Shown in pieces: positions 18,701-28,600 of a stretch of DNA of 36,330 nucleotides (within the stretch, counting starts at the first letter, position 1; every line of letters starts with the position of its first letter). Source of the stretch: an uncultured Candidatus Saccharibacteria bacterium. Lineage in GTDB: Bacteria; Patescibacteriota; Minisyncoccia; Phycocordibacterales; PALSA-1337. The position numbers and the translations under genes were made by a program. The notes beneath the pieces were generated by a model. It searched no databases and was not told the DNA's origin. It worked only from the letters and a program-made list of their open reading frames with translations. The stretch covers positions 1-36,330 of the forward strand of contig CAZWUU010000002.1 in the NCBI GenBank assembly GCA_964637485.1, in the 5' to 3' direction.

Positions 18701-20134
18701 CTATTTTCGAAGAAATAGTGGTTTTTCTGGCATTTTACCATCCCTTATCAGGGTCATGATGTTTTCAGAAGTATCTGGCAAAACCGCTCGGAGCATGAAG
18801 GCAATCTTATATATCTCACACCCGAGAAGCGCAATCATGGACTTCCCTTTTTCTGCATCATTCTTTATGACCTTGAAGGGCTCTTCCTTTTGAATGATTT
18901 TGTCGGTCTCCTGAATTTTATTCCAAACAACATCACAATATTCCTTCAGATTGAACGATTCGAGAGCTGGCAGTTTACCTGTATCTACAGATTTCCAATC
19001 TATACTCACCTTATTATCGATAGCCATTTTCATGACTCTAGACACCAAATTACCCAATCCGTTTGCCAGACCAGAATTGTAGGCGTCCTTGAATAGCTGT
19101 TTTGAAAACGGCGAATCTTCGAATGGATGTAGCTCTCTGGATACATAATATCGTAAAGCGTCCTTTCCATACTCCTCGACTATTTCCTTGGGATCTACAG
19201 TATTGCCGAGAGACTTGGACATCTTCATGCCTCCCTCGCCTGTAATAAATCCATCGATTACTATCGTCTTACTATTTGGCAAACCTGCCGCCATAAGCAT
19301 GGCTTGCCACATTGCTGACTGCTGTCTCAGATTGTCTTTGCCACAATACTGAACTACGTTTTCCGCCCTTACCCAATATTCATCAAATTTTTTACTGTCA
19401 CCCGGCCACCCTGTGGCTGAAACATAATTGACCAAGGCGTCAAACCAAACATACATGACCTGAGTGTCATCTCCAGGGACCGGGACTCCCCACGGCATCT
19501 TATTGGCTAGTCGAGATATGCTGAAATCTTCCAGTCCATTTTCTACGAACTTCTTTATTTCATTAAATCTAAAATCGGGGATCACGAAGTCAGGCCTACT
19601 TTCGTAGAATGCGAGCAACTTATCTGCGAAGGCGCTGAACTTGAAAAAGTAATTCTCTTCCTTTATGGTTTCCAGTTCTTGAAGCGGGTGCAGAGGGCAA
19701 CGATCATTTTCAAGTTCTGATTCGGTTTTTTCCAATTCACATCCGACACAATATTTCACCGAATAATTTTTCTTATATATGTAGCCATTCTTATCTACTC
19801 TGCGCCAAAACTCCTGCGCCGCTTCGACATGATGCTTATCGGTAGTACGAATAAAATTTACTTCCGGCATTATGCCGAGCATTTCTATAAGATTCTCGAA
19901 TTTCTGTGCGGCGGAGTCGCAATATTCCTGCGGAGAAAGATTGTTTTCGACAGCCTTCCTGTAGATTTTCAGGCCATGCTCATCAGTGCCTGTATTGAAA
20001 AATACATCGTATCCGGCCAGCTTCTTCGATCTGGCGATAATATCGGCTCTAATGATTTCCATTGCAAACCCTATATGCGGTTCTGCATTCACATATGGCA
20101 ATGTCGTAGTTATATAAAATTTCTTTGAATTCAT
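18701..20134 (-). CDS. metG: Methionyl-tRNA synthetase (short form without the C-terminal tRNA-binding domain)
   Basis: Class I motifs [11 protein letters not shown] (HIGH-type) and KMSKSLGN. Zinc-knuckle cysteines CVGC...CPLH. Confidence 0.92.
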   Translation of the reverse strand: MNSKKFYITTTLPYVNAEPHIGFAMEIIRADIIARSKKLAGYDVFFNTGTDEHGLKIYRKAVENNLSPQEYCDSAAQKFENLIEMLGIMPEVNFIRTTDKHHVEAAQEFWRRVDKNGYIYKKNYSVKYCVGCELEKTESELENDRCPLHPLQELETIKEENYFFKFSAFADKLLAFYESRPDFVIPDFRFNEIKKFVENGLEDFSISRLANKMPWGVPVPGDDTQVMYVWFDALVNYVSATGWPGDSKKFDEYWVRAENVVQYCGKDNLRQQSAMWQAMLMAAGLPNSKTIVIDGFITGEGGMKMSKSLGNTVDPKEIVEEYGKDALRYYVSRELHPFEDSPFSKQLFKDAYNSGLANGLGNLVSRVMKMAIDNKVSIDWKSVDTGKLPALESFNLKEYCDVVWNKIQETDKIIQKEEPFKVIKNDAEKGKSMIALLGCEIYKIAFMLRAVLPDTSENIMTLIRDGKMPEKPLFLRK

Positions 20135-20135
20135 A

Positions 20136-21401
20136 TCAGTATTTTAATATTGACTTGAATGAATCGGCGTCGCTCCTCCCCACCAAGGCCAAATTGAGAT
20201 GTTTATCTACGAATATTTGATTGGCGAGTTTTCTTACATCTTCGGCTGTTACAGACTGAATCTTCCCTAGAATTTCCTTTGGAGTCTCTATCTTGCCCTT
20301 CAGAATCTCCGCCGAACCGGCATATTCTGCTCTGGCTTCCGATGTTTCGAGTTCAAGCATAGTAGTTCCTGATATATAATCCTTGGCTTTTTTCAATTCA
20401 CTTTCTGGCACGAGATCAGTCTTAAACCTAGCGCAAACCTTGAGTATCTCTGTGATTGCTTCCTTAACCCTATTATTGTCCACTCCCGCAGATATAGATA
20501 ATTCGCCATGATCCGTAGAAGGACCGTGATCTGTTTTTATGTAATAACATATTCCCATTTCATCTCGCATTTTAGTAAACAATCTAGAACTCATCCCCTT
20601 GCCCATAACAGTTGCAAGCACAGTCATGGCAGGCAGTCTCTCGTCTGTTATCGGAAATGTTCTAGTAGATATGACCAGATGAGTCTGATCAGTTTCTTTG
20701 AATTTAGAACGCATTTTCGGCACACTCTGTGCTTCCTTGACAGGAAGCTTGGCCTTGCCCTTCTCGGATGAGATGGATGAAAACGCTTTATCTATTTTCT
20801 GGATTATCGTCTTTTCGTCGAATGAGCCGGACACTATCACTATCGTTTTTTCACTGACGTAGTGAGAATTCCTATAGTCGACGATATCTTGTCTTTTGAA
20901 TGATTTTACGGTCTCTTCTGTGCCTGCAATATTCCATCCGGCCGGCTGATCTCCATATAGCAATTCATTCATGATGTCATGAACTTGATACTGTGGAAGG
21001 TCGTTATACATTCGAATCTCTTCTACGATCACACCTTTTTCCTTCTCTATCTCCTGTTCATTCAATAAAGGATCGATATACATGTCAGCCACTACATCCA
21101 GAGCAATATCCAACTTTTTTGCGTCTGCTTTTACCCAATAACCCGTCACTTCCTGACCTGTAAAGGCGTTATAATGCGCCCCTATACTATCCAACTCTCT
21201 GGAAATATCAGACATCTTGGGTCGCTTCGTAGTACCCTTGAATACCATATGCTCTAAGAAGTGTGATATGCCGTTTATCTTCTTAGTTTCGTATTTAGAT
21301 CCGGCCTTGACCATTATGAGAATCGTCACGGAAGGATTATCGGCCATCGGTACCGTCACTACGGTCAACCCATTATCTAAAATAGTTTTATTGAATTGCA
21401 T
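20136..21401 (-). CDS. M16 (pitrilysin/insulinase) family zinc peptidase
   Basis: Inverted zinc motif [11 protein letters not shown] (HxxEH). 421 aa. Its stop is 1 nt from the metG start. Confidence 0.88.
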   Translation of the reverse strand: MQFNKTILDNGLTVVTVPMADNPSVTILIMVKAGSKYETKKINGISHFLEHMVFKGTTKRPKMSDISRELDSIGAHYNAFTGQEVTGYWVKADAKKLDIALDVVADMYIDPLLNEQEIEKEKGVIVEEIRMYNDLPQYQVHDIMNELLYGDQPAGWNIAGTEETVKSFKRQDIVDYRNSHYVSEKTIVIVSGSFDEKTIIQKIDKAFSSISSEKGKAKLPVKEAQSVPKMRSKFKETDQTHLVISTRTFPITDERLPAMTVLATVMGKGMSSRLFTKMRDEMGICYYIKTDHGPSTDHGELSISAGVDNNRVKEAITEILKVCARFKTDLVPESELKKAKDYISGTTMLELETSEARAEYAGSAEILKGKIETPKEILGKIQSVTAEDVRKLANQIFVDKHLNLALVGRSDADSFKSILKY

Positions 21402-21407
21402 GAAAAC

Positions 21408-21416
21408 ACTCTAGCA
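21408..21416 (-). promoter_or_regulatory. Extended -10-like TGCTAGAGT 6 nt upstream of the M16 peptidase ATG
   Basis: The minus strand reads TGC-TAGAGT-GTTTTC-ATG (ATG at 21401). Confidence 0.35.
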
Positions 21417-21427
21417 AAAAAGCCCGC

Positions 21428-21468
21428 AAAATGAAATGAAAAATCCCGCCTCCTATGACAGAGGCGGG
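21428..21468 (-). terminator. Intrinsic terminator (minus strand)
   Basis: Minus strand: CCCGCCTC-TGTCATAG-GAGGCGGG followed by ATTTTTCATTTCATTTT. Confidence 0.75.
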
Positions 21469-21660
21469 GGTTGATTGTTTGCCGAGTAGCTATCCGAGTC
21501 GCAGGAAGCTACAAGGCGGCCGATGCGTTGGCGATATTCTTGTTGAGGCGGATCGAGCGGGCGGTGGGGTCGTGATTATGGCGCATGTTTCGGGGATCTC
21601 CAGATGCTGTATTCAACAGGATTCCAATGATAGGAAACCGCAAGGAACAGCTGGAAACAA
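21428..21660 (-). ncRNA. GC-rich structured noncoding island (candidate sRNA, riboswitch-type leader or long glyQS 3' UTR); family unknown, strand uncertain
   Basis: About 230 nt without a credible ORF, clearly more GC-rich than its flanks. On the minus strand it is bounded by a TTGCAA-16 nt-TAGTAT promoter-like element (21687-21660) and the terminator at 21428-21468. Base composition argues the other way: the plus strand is the G/U-rich one. Confidence 0.35.
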
Positions 21661-21712
21661 TACTAACAAACGACTATATATTTGCAAGTGTATTATTTCT
21701 GAACTTTGTATA

Positions 21713-23104
21713 TCAGCCAATCTTGGATTTTATATAATTCACCAAATCTTTTTCGAGGATCCTTTCCTGTTTTCCTGTATCGCGATCTCTTACCGTCACA
21801 CCAGCGCTTTTCTCTATCGTTTCGAAGTCGATCGTCACGCAATACGGAGTGCCTATTTCATCCTGTCGGCGATACCTCTTGCCTATATTGCCATTGTCAT
21901 CAAAATTAACTGCCGGTATCTCCTTTTTTATTTCTGCGTATATTTCTTTGGCTTTCTTTACCAGTTCCGGCTTATTCTTCAAAAGCGGAAATACTGCAAT
22001 TTTATATGGAGCTATTCGCGGTGCGAATTTCATATATACCCTCTTTTCTCCGCCGAGCTCGTCTACAGTATAAGCATTTGTTAAGACAGCCAGAAGCGAC
22101 CTATCGACGCCAAATGACGGCTCTATACAATGCGGGACAAAACGCTCCTTTGTGATTTCATCATAGTAACTCAAATCGACTTTGCTATATTCGCTGTGAC
22201 GCGTAAGGTCATAATCCGTTCGATAGGCCAAACCATACAATTCCTTTCGTCCAAAAGGAAAATCAAATTCAAAATCGATCGTTCTCTTGGAATAAAAAGC
22301 TCGATCTCCATCCGGTATTTCGAGTTCATGCACCCTGTCGACATCCAGTCCGATATCGACATTAAATGCTTTGATCTCCTTTCTGAAATGTTCGAAGGAC
22401 GTAGTCCAATCTTTAGGATTAACAAAATATTCTATTTCCATCTGCTCAAATTCTCTGGACCGGAATAGGAAATCTCTCGGTGCGATTTCGTTTCTGAAGG
22501 CTTTTCCGATCTGCGCCAAGCCGAATGGCAGAGATGGATGTTCTGTATCTAAAACATTTTTAAAATTTACAAACATTCCTTGTGCTGTCTCCGGTCGCAA
22601 ATATGCGATAGACGTGGTGTCTTCTGATGCCCCAACTTGGGTCTTAAACATCATATTAAATTGTTTTGGTACACTCCAATTAACATTCCGACAATTTGGA
22701 CATTCAACACGCGAATTCATTAACATTTCGTGTTGTTTATGAGCATCAGCCGGAATAATTTGAACCTGGCCCGGAGACATTCTTGCTAACAATACATCTG
22801 CTCGATCACGATGTTTGCACTTTGCACATTCAACTAGCGGATCAGAGAAACCACTAGCATGTCCGCTTGCCTCCCAGACTCTCGGATTCATAATGATGGC
22901 GGCATCCATTCCATACATATCATCTCTATCGTCGACAAAACGCTTCCACCAGACATTCTTAATATTGTTTTTCAACATGACTCCGAGATGTCCATAATCC
23001 CATGTACCAGCCAAACCACCGTATATTTCTGAACCCTGAAATATGAAACCTCGCCTCTTGCACAGCGAAACCAACGAATCCATCAATTCTTCGTTTTTAT
23101 TCAT
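21713..23104 (-). CDS. glyQS: Glycyl-tRNA synthetase (alpha2 homodimeric type)
   Basis: 463 aa of class II GlyRS type (FRNEIAPRDFLFRSREFEQMEIEYF, GVDR, anticodon-binding C-terminus). Confidence 0.92.
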   Translation of the reverse strand: MNKNEELMDSLVSLCKRRGFIFQGSEIYGGLAGTWDYGHLGVMLKNNIKNVWWKRFVDDRDDMYGMDAAIIMNPRVWEASGHASGFSDPLVECAKCKHRDRADVLLARMSPGQVQIIPADAHKQHEMLMNSRVECPNCRNVNWSVPKQFNMMFKTQVGASEDTTSIAYLRPETAQGMFVNFKNVLDTEHPSLPFGLAQIGKAFRNEIAPRDFLFRSREFEQMEIEYFVNPKDWTTSFEHFRKEIKAFNVDIGLDVDRVHELEIPDGDRAFYSKRTIDFEFDFPFGRKELYGLAYRTDYDLTRHSEYSKVDLSYYDEITKERFVPHCIEPSFGVDRSLLAVLTNAYTVDELGGEKRVYMKFAPRIAPYKIAVFPLLKNKPELVKKAKEIYAEIKKEIPAVNFDDNGNIGKRYRRQDEIGTPYCVTIDFETIEKSAGVTVRDRDTGKQERILEKDLVNYIKSKIG

Positions 23105-23122
23105 ACGGGCATTTTACTCTAA

Positions 23123-25069
23123 CTATGGAGCTTTGACTACCACGCCGTCTCCAGGCCTAAATGTAGTATCAGTGCTGAAACTTGTAGTGAGATACATCTG
23201 AGCATTTTCGATTGACTCTTTCGTCCAGTTATCGAGGCCTGTCAATCGCGCCTGATTTACAATGATAGGAGACGTGCCTACATGCTCGACTGATGGTTCA
23301 ACTGAGACTTGGAAAGCAACCTCCTTTCGACCAGACGATGATGTATATGTATTTATCCGGCCAACATTCCATGTGACGAGACCGCTGTTACTGTCATATT
23401 TTATATCCTCAGACTGCGGACTCACCTGTCCCGTCCATGTCACATAGGGTGGAAGCGTGGCTGTGACTACGGCATTTGTGACGACATTATTTGTATTGTC
23501 TATAGACCAGACCACGGTATATGTAGAAGTTCTATCTGATACAGGGGGTATCGGGCCTGTGTTTATAAACGGACCACTATTTCTCAAAATTCTTCCTGAC
23601 AGATTTGTTTCAGTTGAGACTTTTATTCGTCTTGCAGTCTCTCCTGTTTTCATAGGTACATTTATATTACTCACGCGGTCACCCGTGGCATAGACTTGGA
23701 TATTAATTTCGGGATTAGTGATATTGCTTAATGCACCTCCAGACTCTGAGGGCGTGACATTGAAAGTAAGATTGCCACTCGCTCCGGCAGAAACCGTCGC
23801 CAATTCGGGGTTGGTTCTCTGATCCCAGATCATATCGTCCGTTCCAGACCTGTAATACCCTCCCCAGCTCGTCACATACGTCTTATCGTAAGCAGAACCA
23901 TCCAAATGAGCTACAATAACCAGATTTTTGACTGTTTCCGGCAGGTTGTTGGCCCATCTGATCCTGACATTTGTGGATTTTCCAAACTTGGCATTCTTAT
24001 CTGCAAGTCCAGTATCACCATCTATAGATATATCCAGGGAAATGAAAGGTTTTCGTATATTTATTTCTTGTTGAACATCCATAAAGGCAGTTCCTATGAT
24101 GTTCGGATTTGTCGGATTACGCGCTCCCACAGAAAAGTTGAATACGCGAAGCTCATCGTCCTCTCCAGTCAAACTGCCAGTCACACTGACCGTCCTCTCT
24201 CCTCCCGGAGGAATGTCACCGATATTCCAAACTGTATTATCTATAGTCAGAGGTTTGAGCGAGGAAGTTTTGAAACTAAAACCGAAAGGATAGACAGCCT
24301 TTACCAAGACATTTTTTATCGTATTCGTAGAATTCGATTTTATATTTAGACGAACATCGAAGCTCTGTCCGGAAATAGTTTCCTTTATTGAATTAATACT
24401 CACCACTATAGGCGAAGCACTGATGAGAACATCGTGGCTGTTTTCCTTGGTAAACACCGATGACGAACCGGCAATTCCGTATGTAACTGTTGCCAATATT
24501 TTCTTCTGTGAGTTTTGCTCTCCGAAGATCACTGATTCGACCGATTTTGATGCCGAACCGCCGGACGGAATGTCGCCCATCACATATCGCACATCTTCGA
24601 GAAGAGTGGTTGTGTCTACAGGATCAGTCGATCCGGCAGGAAATTTTATATGCAGATCGACAGTCTTCAGAGCGACGTTATTTTTATTGATTACTGTAAC
24701 TTCAAACTTGGAAGGGCTTCCTCCGGAAATGGATATGGGCCCTGTTATTTTTATATCTATATTGTCTCCAGAAATAAAATTGGAACCATTAAAGAACATG
24801 TAAGCCCCAGCGCCTACTGCTAGAACACAAAAAACAAAGGATGATATCAAGAGTTTTGTAAAAAAAGACATACCGCGCTTAGAATTATCCTCATATTCCT
24901 GATTTAATACAACCTCCTCCTTTTCTTCTTCTGCCCTGCCCCAATCCCTAGGTAAATCCGACTCCTCGTCGCTGTATCGAAGTTTTCTGTTCGTTTTTAT
25001 TTTCGGAGCATCTCTTTCATACAGAGATTGTTTCAAATCCTCTATTTTGTTTCTTTCATTAGGATCCAT
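23123..25069 (-). CDS. Membrane-anchored protein with a large extracytoplasmic region of DUF11/CARDB-like beta-sandwich repeats
   Basis: Acidic cytoplasmic N-terminus, one TM helix (LLISSFVFCVLAVGAGAYMFF), then repeated motifs such as GDIPSGGSASKSV and WNIGDIPPGGERTVSVTG. The ORF track starts at TTG 25075. ATG 25069 is preferred because TATAAT lies 6 nt upstream of it. Confidence 0.7.
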   Translation of the reverse strand: MDPNERNKIEDLKQSLYERDAPKIKTNRKLRYSDEESDLPRDWGRAEEEKEEVVLNQEYEDNSKRGMSFFTKLLISSFVFCVLAVGAGAYMFFNGSNFISGDNIDIKITGPISISGGSPSKFEVTVINKNNVALKTVDLHIKFPAGSTDPVDTTTLLEDVRYVMGDIPSGGSASKSVESVIFGEQNSQKKILATVTYGIAGSSSVFTKENSHDVLISASPIVVSINSIKETISGQSFDVRLNIKSNSTNTIKNVLVKAVYPFGFSFKTSSLKPLTIDNTVWNIGDIPPGGERTVSVTGSLTGEDDELRVFNFSVGARNPTNPNIIGTAFMDVQQEINIRKPFISLDISIDGDTGLADKNAKFGKSTNVRIRWANNLPETVKNLVIVAHLDGSAYDKTYVTSWGGYYRSGTDDMIWDQRTNPELATVSAGASGNLTFNVTPSESGGALSNITNPEINIQVYATGDRVSNINVPMKTGETARRIKVSTETNLSGRILRNSGPFINTGPIPPVSDRTSTYTVVWSIDNTNNVVTNAVVTATLPPYVTWTGQVSPQSEDIKYDSNSGLVTWNVGRINTYTSSSGRKEVAFQVSVEPSVEHVGTSPIIVNQARLTGLDNWTKESIENAQMYLTTSFSTDTTFRPGDGVVVKAP

Positions 25070-25075
25070 TGCCAA

Positions 25076-25081
25076 ATTATA
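25076..25081 (-). promoter_or_regulatory. TATAAT 6 nt upstream of ATG 25069
   Basis: The minus strand reads TATAAT-TTGGCA-ATG, directly after the recO stop. Confidence 0.4.
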
Positions 25082-25669
25082 CTACAAATGACTGAATTTA
25101 AGGGCTTTGTTTATTTTTGGATTGATCACACCTATGTCGGCCGAAGCTTTTCTGAGCATCTCTGCTGAGATTTTTTCATTAACGATATATTCAGTTCGAG
25201 GGTCATTTTCTATATAACCCAGAAGGAACAGTATCTTGTAGACTATGACAGATTCTAGACATTTTACATCCTGAGGCGATAAAGACCCACCGAGATCAAG
25301 CATGGATTCCCTGATCACTCGGAAAAGTTCAGGGTGAGACTCCTCGCCCTGCAATAGTCGTCTTAGCAGGCCCGCTACACGACACGCCAGCTCGTATCTA
25401 GGATCATCGACCTTCAATACGGTCTGGTAATCCGCTGGTTGTGCGCTGGTCAATCTGTAGTAGTCTTTACCTCTTACGAGTGAAAAATCTCCGAAAGAAT
25501 AGTCCTGGCAATAATATCTTAGTTTAGATTTTTCAAATCTTATTCCTTGAGCAATCGCGGCCACGAATCCGAGCTTATCGGTAAATATAAACAGCATTTT
25601 GTCGGCCTCGCCTTTTTCCATGGAGCCGACTATAAACCCTGAAGTGTTAATAATCGAGTACATACTCAA
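25082..25669 (-). CDS. recO: DNA repair protein RecO (short form)
   Basis: N-terminal OB-like segment (GFIVGSMEKGEADKMLFIFTDKLGFVAAIAQGIRFEKSKL) and a helical C-terminus with ...LFLLGY. Its start overlaps the ileS stop by 4 nt. Confidence 0.65.
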   Translation of the reverse strand: MSMYSIINTSGFIVGSMEKGEADKMLFIFTDKLGFVAAIAQGIRFEKSKLRYYCQDYSFGDFSLVRGKDYYRLTSAQPADYQTVLKVDDPRYELACRVAGLLRRLLQGEESHPELFRVIRESMLDLGGSLSPQDVKCLESVIVYKILFLLGYIENDPRTEYIVNEKISAEMLRKASADIGVINPKINKALKFSHL

Positions 25670-28600
25670 AACTTCAAATCCAAAGTCGGACCATATTCTA
25701 CAGAGGAAATCTTCGTGACTTTCATGATTGCATCAATATTTTTCGTAACCATTGTCCGAAGATCTTCAGTCACAACTAGGACAGCGACGTCCTTTATGGT
25801 TAACCCTTTCGATTTTCTCAAGTCTTGAACTTTTCGTAAGAATTCCCTCAACTCCCCTTCTTCTCTCAATTCATCGGTTATGTTTGTATCTAGTTCTACT
25901 GAATTTTTTATGTTTTGATCGAAAACAACCGACTTGATATTGACTTCGTCTTTTATGATCTCAATCATTTCTTCAGACAATTTCTTGAAAGCCATATTAT
26001 TTACAGATAACTTATGAAGCGGTTGTCTGACATTTATTTTTGACTGCATTCTGGCATCCAGTCCAGCCGAACAGACAGCACGAACCACTTCCATCTGGTC
26101 CAATATTTTCTTATCCGCCTTCTTCATTTTTGGCCATTTTTCCAGATGAACGCTCTCTGATTTGCCTCCCATTTCCATGTATATTTCCTCAGCAAAAAAT
26201 GGAGTAAACGGCGCCAATACTTTTGACAGTTCGAGCATTACATATTTTAGAGTGGAAAGGGCTTGCTTCTTATCTCCTCCATTATTCTTGAAACGGTCTC
26301 TGGATCTCCTGACATACCATTGGGACAGATCGGCGGAGAAGTCTCTTAGAGCCCTGGTTGGTTCGAAGAATTTGTACTTATCCATACTTTCGGCTGTAAT
26401 CATCGACAGTTCGGCCAATCTAGCAATTATCCACTTATCAAGAATATTTTTCGAAGAGTCCTTTGCTTCCACACTTCCATCATCGTAAAGCTTATAAAAT
26501 GAGATAACATTGGAAATGAGGTTGAAAACTTTCTTGACTATCTCATCGACTGTTTTTTCTTCGAAATTCTTCGACTCACCAGGTTGATTGATAGAATACA
26601 TCCACAATCTGAGAGCATCCACGCCATATTTATCCATCATGTCCCAAGGATTTACGATATTACCGAGCGATTTCGACATCTTTTTGCCATCCTTATCCAA
26701 GATATGTCCCAAACAAACGACGTTTTTATATGATCTACCCTTGCCCATGATGACTCCGATAGCATGCAAGGTGTAAAACCAGCCACGAGTTTGATCGATG
26801 GCTTCCGAGATAAAATCTGCCGGATACGCAAACGAGCCAAAAACAGATTTTTTTTCGAACGGATAATGATCCTGAGCGAACGGCATACCTCCAGAATCAA
26901 ACCAAACATCCAAAACTTCTTTAACTCTTCTATATTTACCCCCACAGGAACAATCCAGAACGACATCATCTATAAATGGCTTATGGAGGTCAGATTCATA
27001 TTCTGAATTATGAGGCAAAATTTTGAAATCAAGCTTTCTACACTCAGCATTTTTTATAGCATCCTTATCAGTTCTTGCGTTCAAAGTCTGCTTTCTATCT
27101 AGACCTTTTGCGGCAGATTCGAGGAGGAATATTGGCGTTTCGTGAGAAATGATCAGTATTTTCTTACCTTTATATTTCGATTCGATATCATACAGGAAAT
27201 CTCCCATCCTTTTTTTGATCAGAGCAAAATTCTCTATACCTCCCTCACTCAGAGTAAATCGATCTTGGCCGACATATTGCTTGTGATAATCATCCACCTT
27301 TCTGCCATTCCACTCGCCGGTGCCGAGTTCGCCCAATCTTTCATCAATGACTATCTGACTATCAGCAAGATTCTGAATTGATTTCACTATATCCGCAGTT
27401 TCTTTAGTCCTCACGAATGGCGAAACAAAAACCATATCGAACTTCTGCTTTTTAAATGAAGTAGCAGATTTTTCCACCTGCCTTCTGCCCTTATCGGTCA
27501 GGTGATGTGGAGCATCGGCGATTCCAGACAAAATACCCAAAACATTATTTTCTGCCTCACCATGTCTCATCACAAAGTAATCATTCTCTGGAGATCGGGC
27601 AATTTCAGAAATTGAACCGGGCACTTTTCTCTTTTCACACTTATCGCATATCCATACAGGTAAAGGCGTCCCCCAATATCTCTCCCTAGAAATTGCCCAG
27701 TCCTTGATTTCTCTGAGCCATTCTCCGAACCTTCCCTCTTTGATGTGATCCGGCTCCCAATTTATCTTATCGTTGGCCTTAACGAGTTCATTTCTAAGAG
27801 ACGACATCCTGATGTACCAGGAATCCCTAGCAAAATAGATAAGAGGCGTCTTACATCGCCAACAAAACGGATAGGTGTGTTCATACTTTTCCTTGGCAAA
27901 CAGAAGACCTCGACTAGCCAAATCCTTTATTATCGCCACATCAGTCGTTTCATCCTTTACGAAGGCACCCGCCAGAAATCCAGCTTCGTTTTTAAATGTG
28001 CCATCATCAGATACAAGATGATATTTTGGTAATCCTACTTTAGTTCCCAATTCAAAATCATCCTGACCATACATGACCGCAGTATGTACAACTCCTGTAC
28101 CATCAGCAGTCGTCACAAAATCAGCACTATACACCTTGTAGGCATTACATAGCTTGGATTTTTCTGAACTGGATATATTTTGTGCCAAAAAAGGATACAG
28201 GGGTTCATACACGACTCCGACAAGCTGTTTCCCTGCTACTATCTTCAATATTTCGTACTTGGCATCTTTCATGACAGACAAACGTTCCTTGGCCAAGATA
28301 AGTGTTTCTCCCGTTTCTATTTTTATTTCGCAGTACTGTATCTCGTCTGAAACTGCCAATGCCACGTTGCCTGGCAATGTCCAAGGAGTCGTCGTCCAAG
28401 CCAGAATAAATGTATTGTCGCGATCTTTTAGCTTGAATTTTACATAAACCGAAAGATCTTTGACCACATCATAGCCCTGTGCCAATTCATGAGAGGACAA
28501 TGCCGTACCACACCTAGGACACCACGGGACAACTTTATAATCTTTATATAATAATCCTCTATCGTCAGCATTTTTTATGATATTCCAAATAGATTCTATG

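Noticed and set aside
21540-21600. T-box (GGGCGGTGGGGTCGTG versus GGGTGGTACCGCG) or ZTP/pfl-like (GGGTCGTGA..GGCG) similarity in the 21.5-kb island
   Set aside because: Both resemblances are on the plus strand, where no gene lies downstream. The matching 3' elements (T-box terminator context, CCGCCTGGGC pseudoknot partner) are missing.
21455-22084. 209-aa plus-strand ORF starting in the GC-rich island
   Set aside because: It runs antisense through the 3' end of glyQS. Its composition is Cys/Arg/Gly-rich and then Phe/Ile/Tyr-rich, and it has no motif. The real feature here is noncoding.
27022-27585. Intein or mobile insertion as the explanation for the extra segment in ileS
   Set aside because: There are no intein splice-junction residues or homing-endonuclease motifs (LAGLIDADG, HNH) and no flanking repeats. 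The segment has the motifs of a metabolic histidine phosphatase instead.
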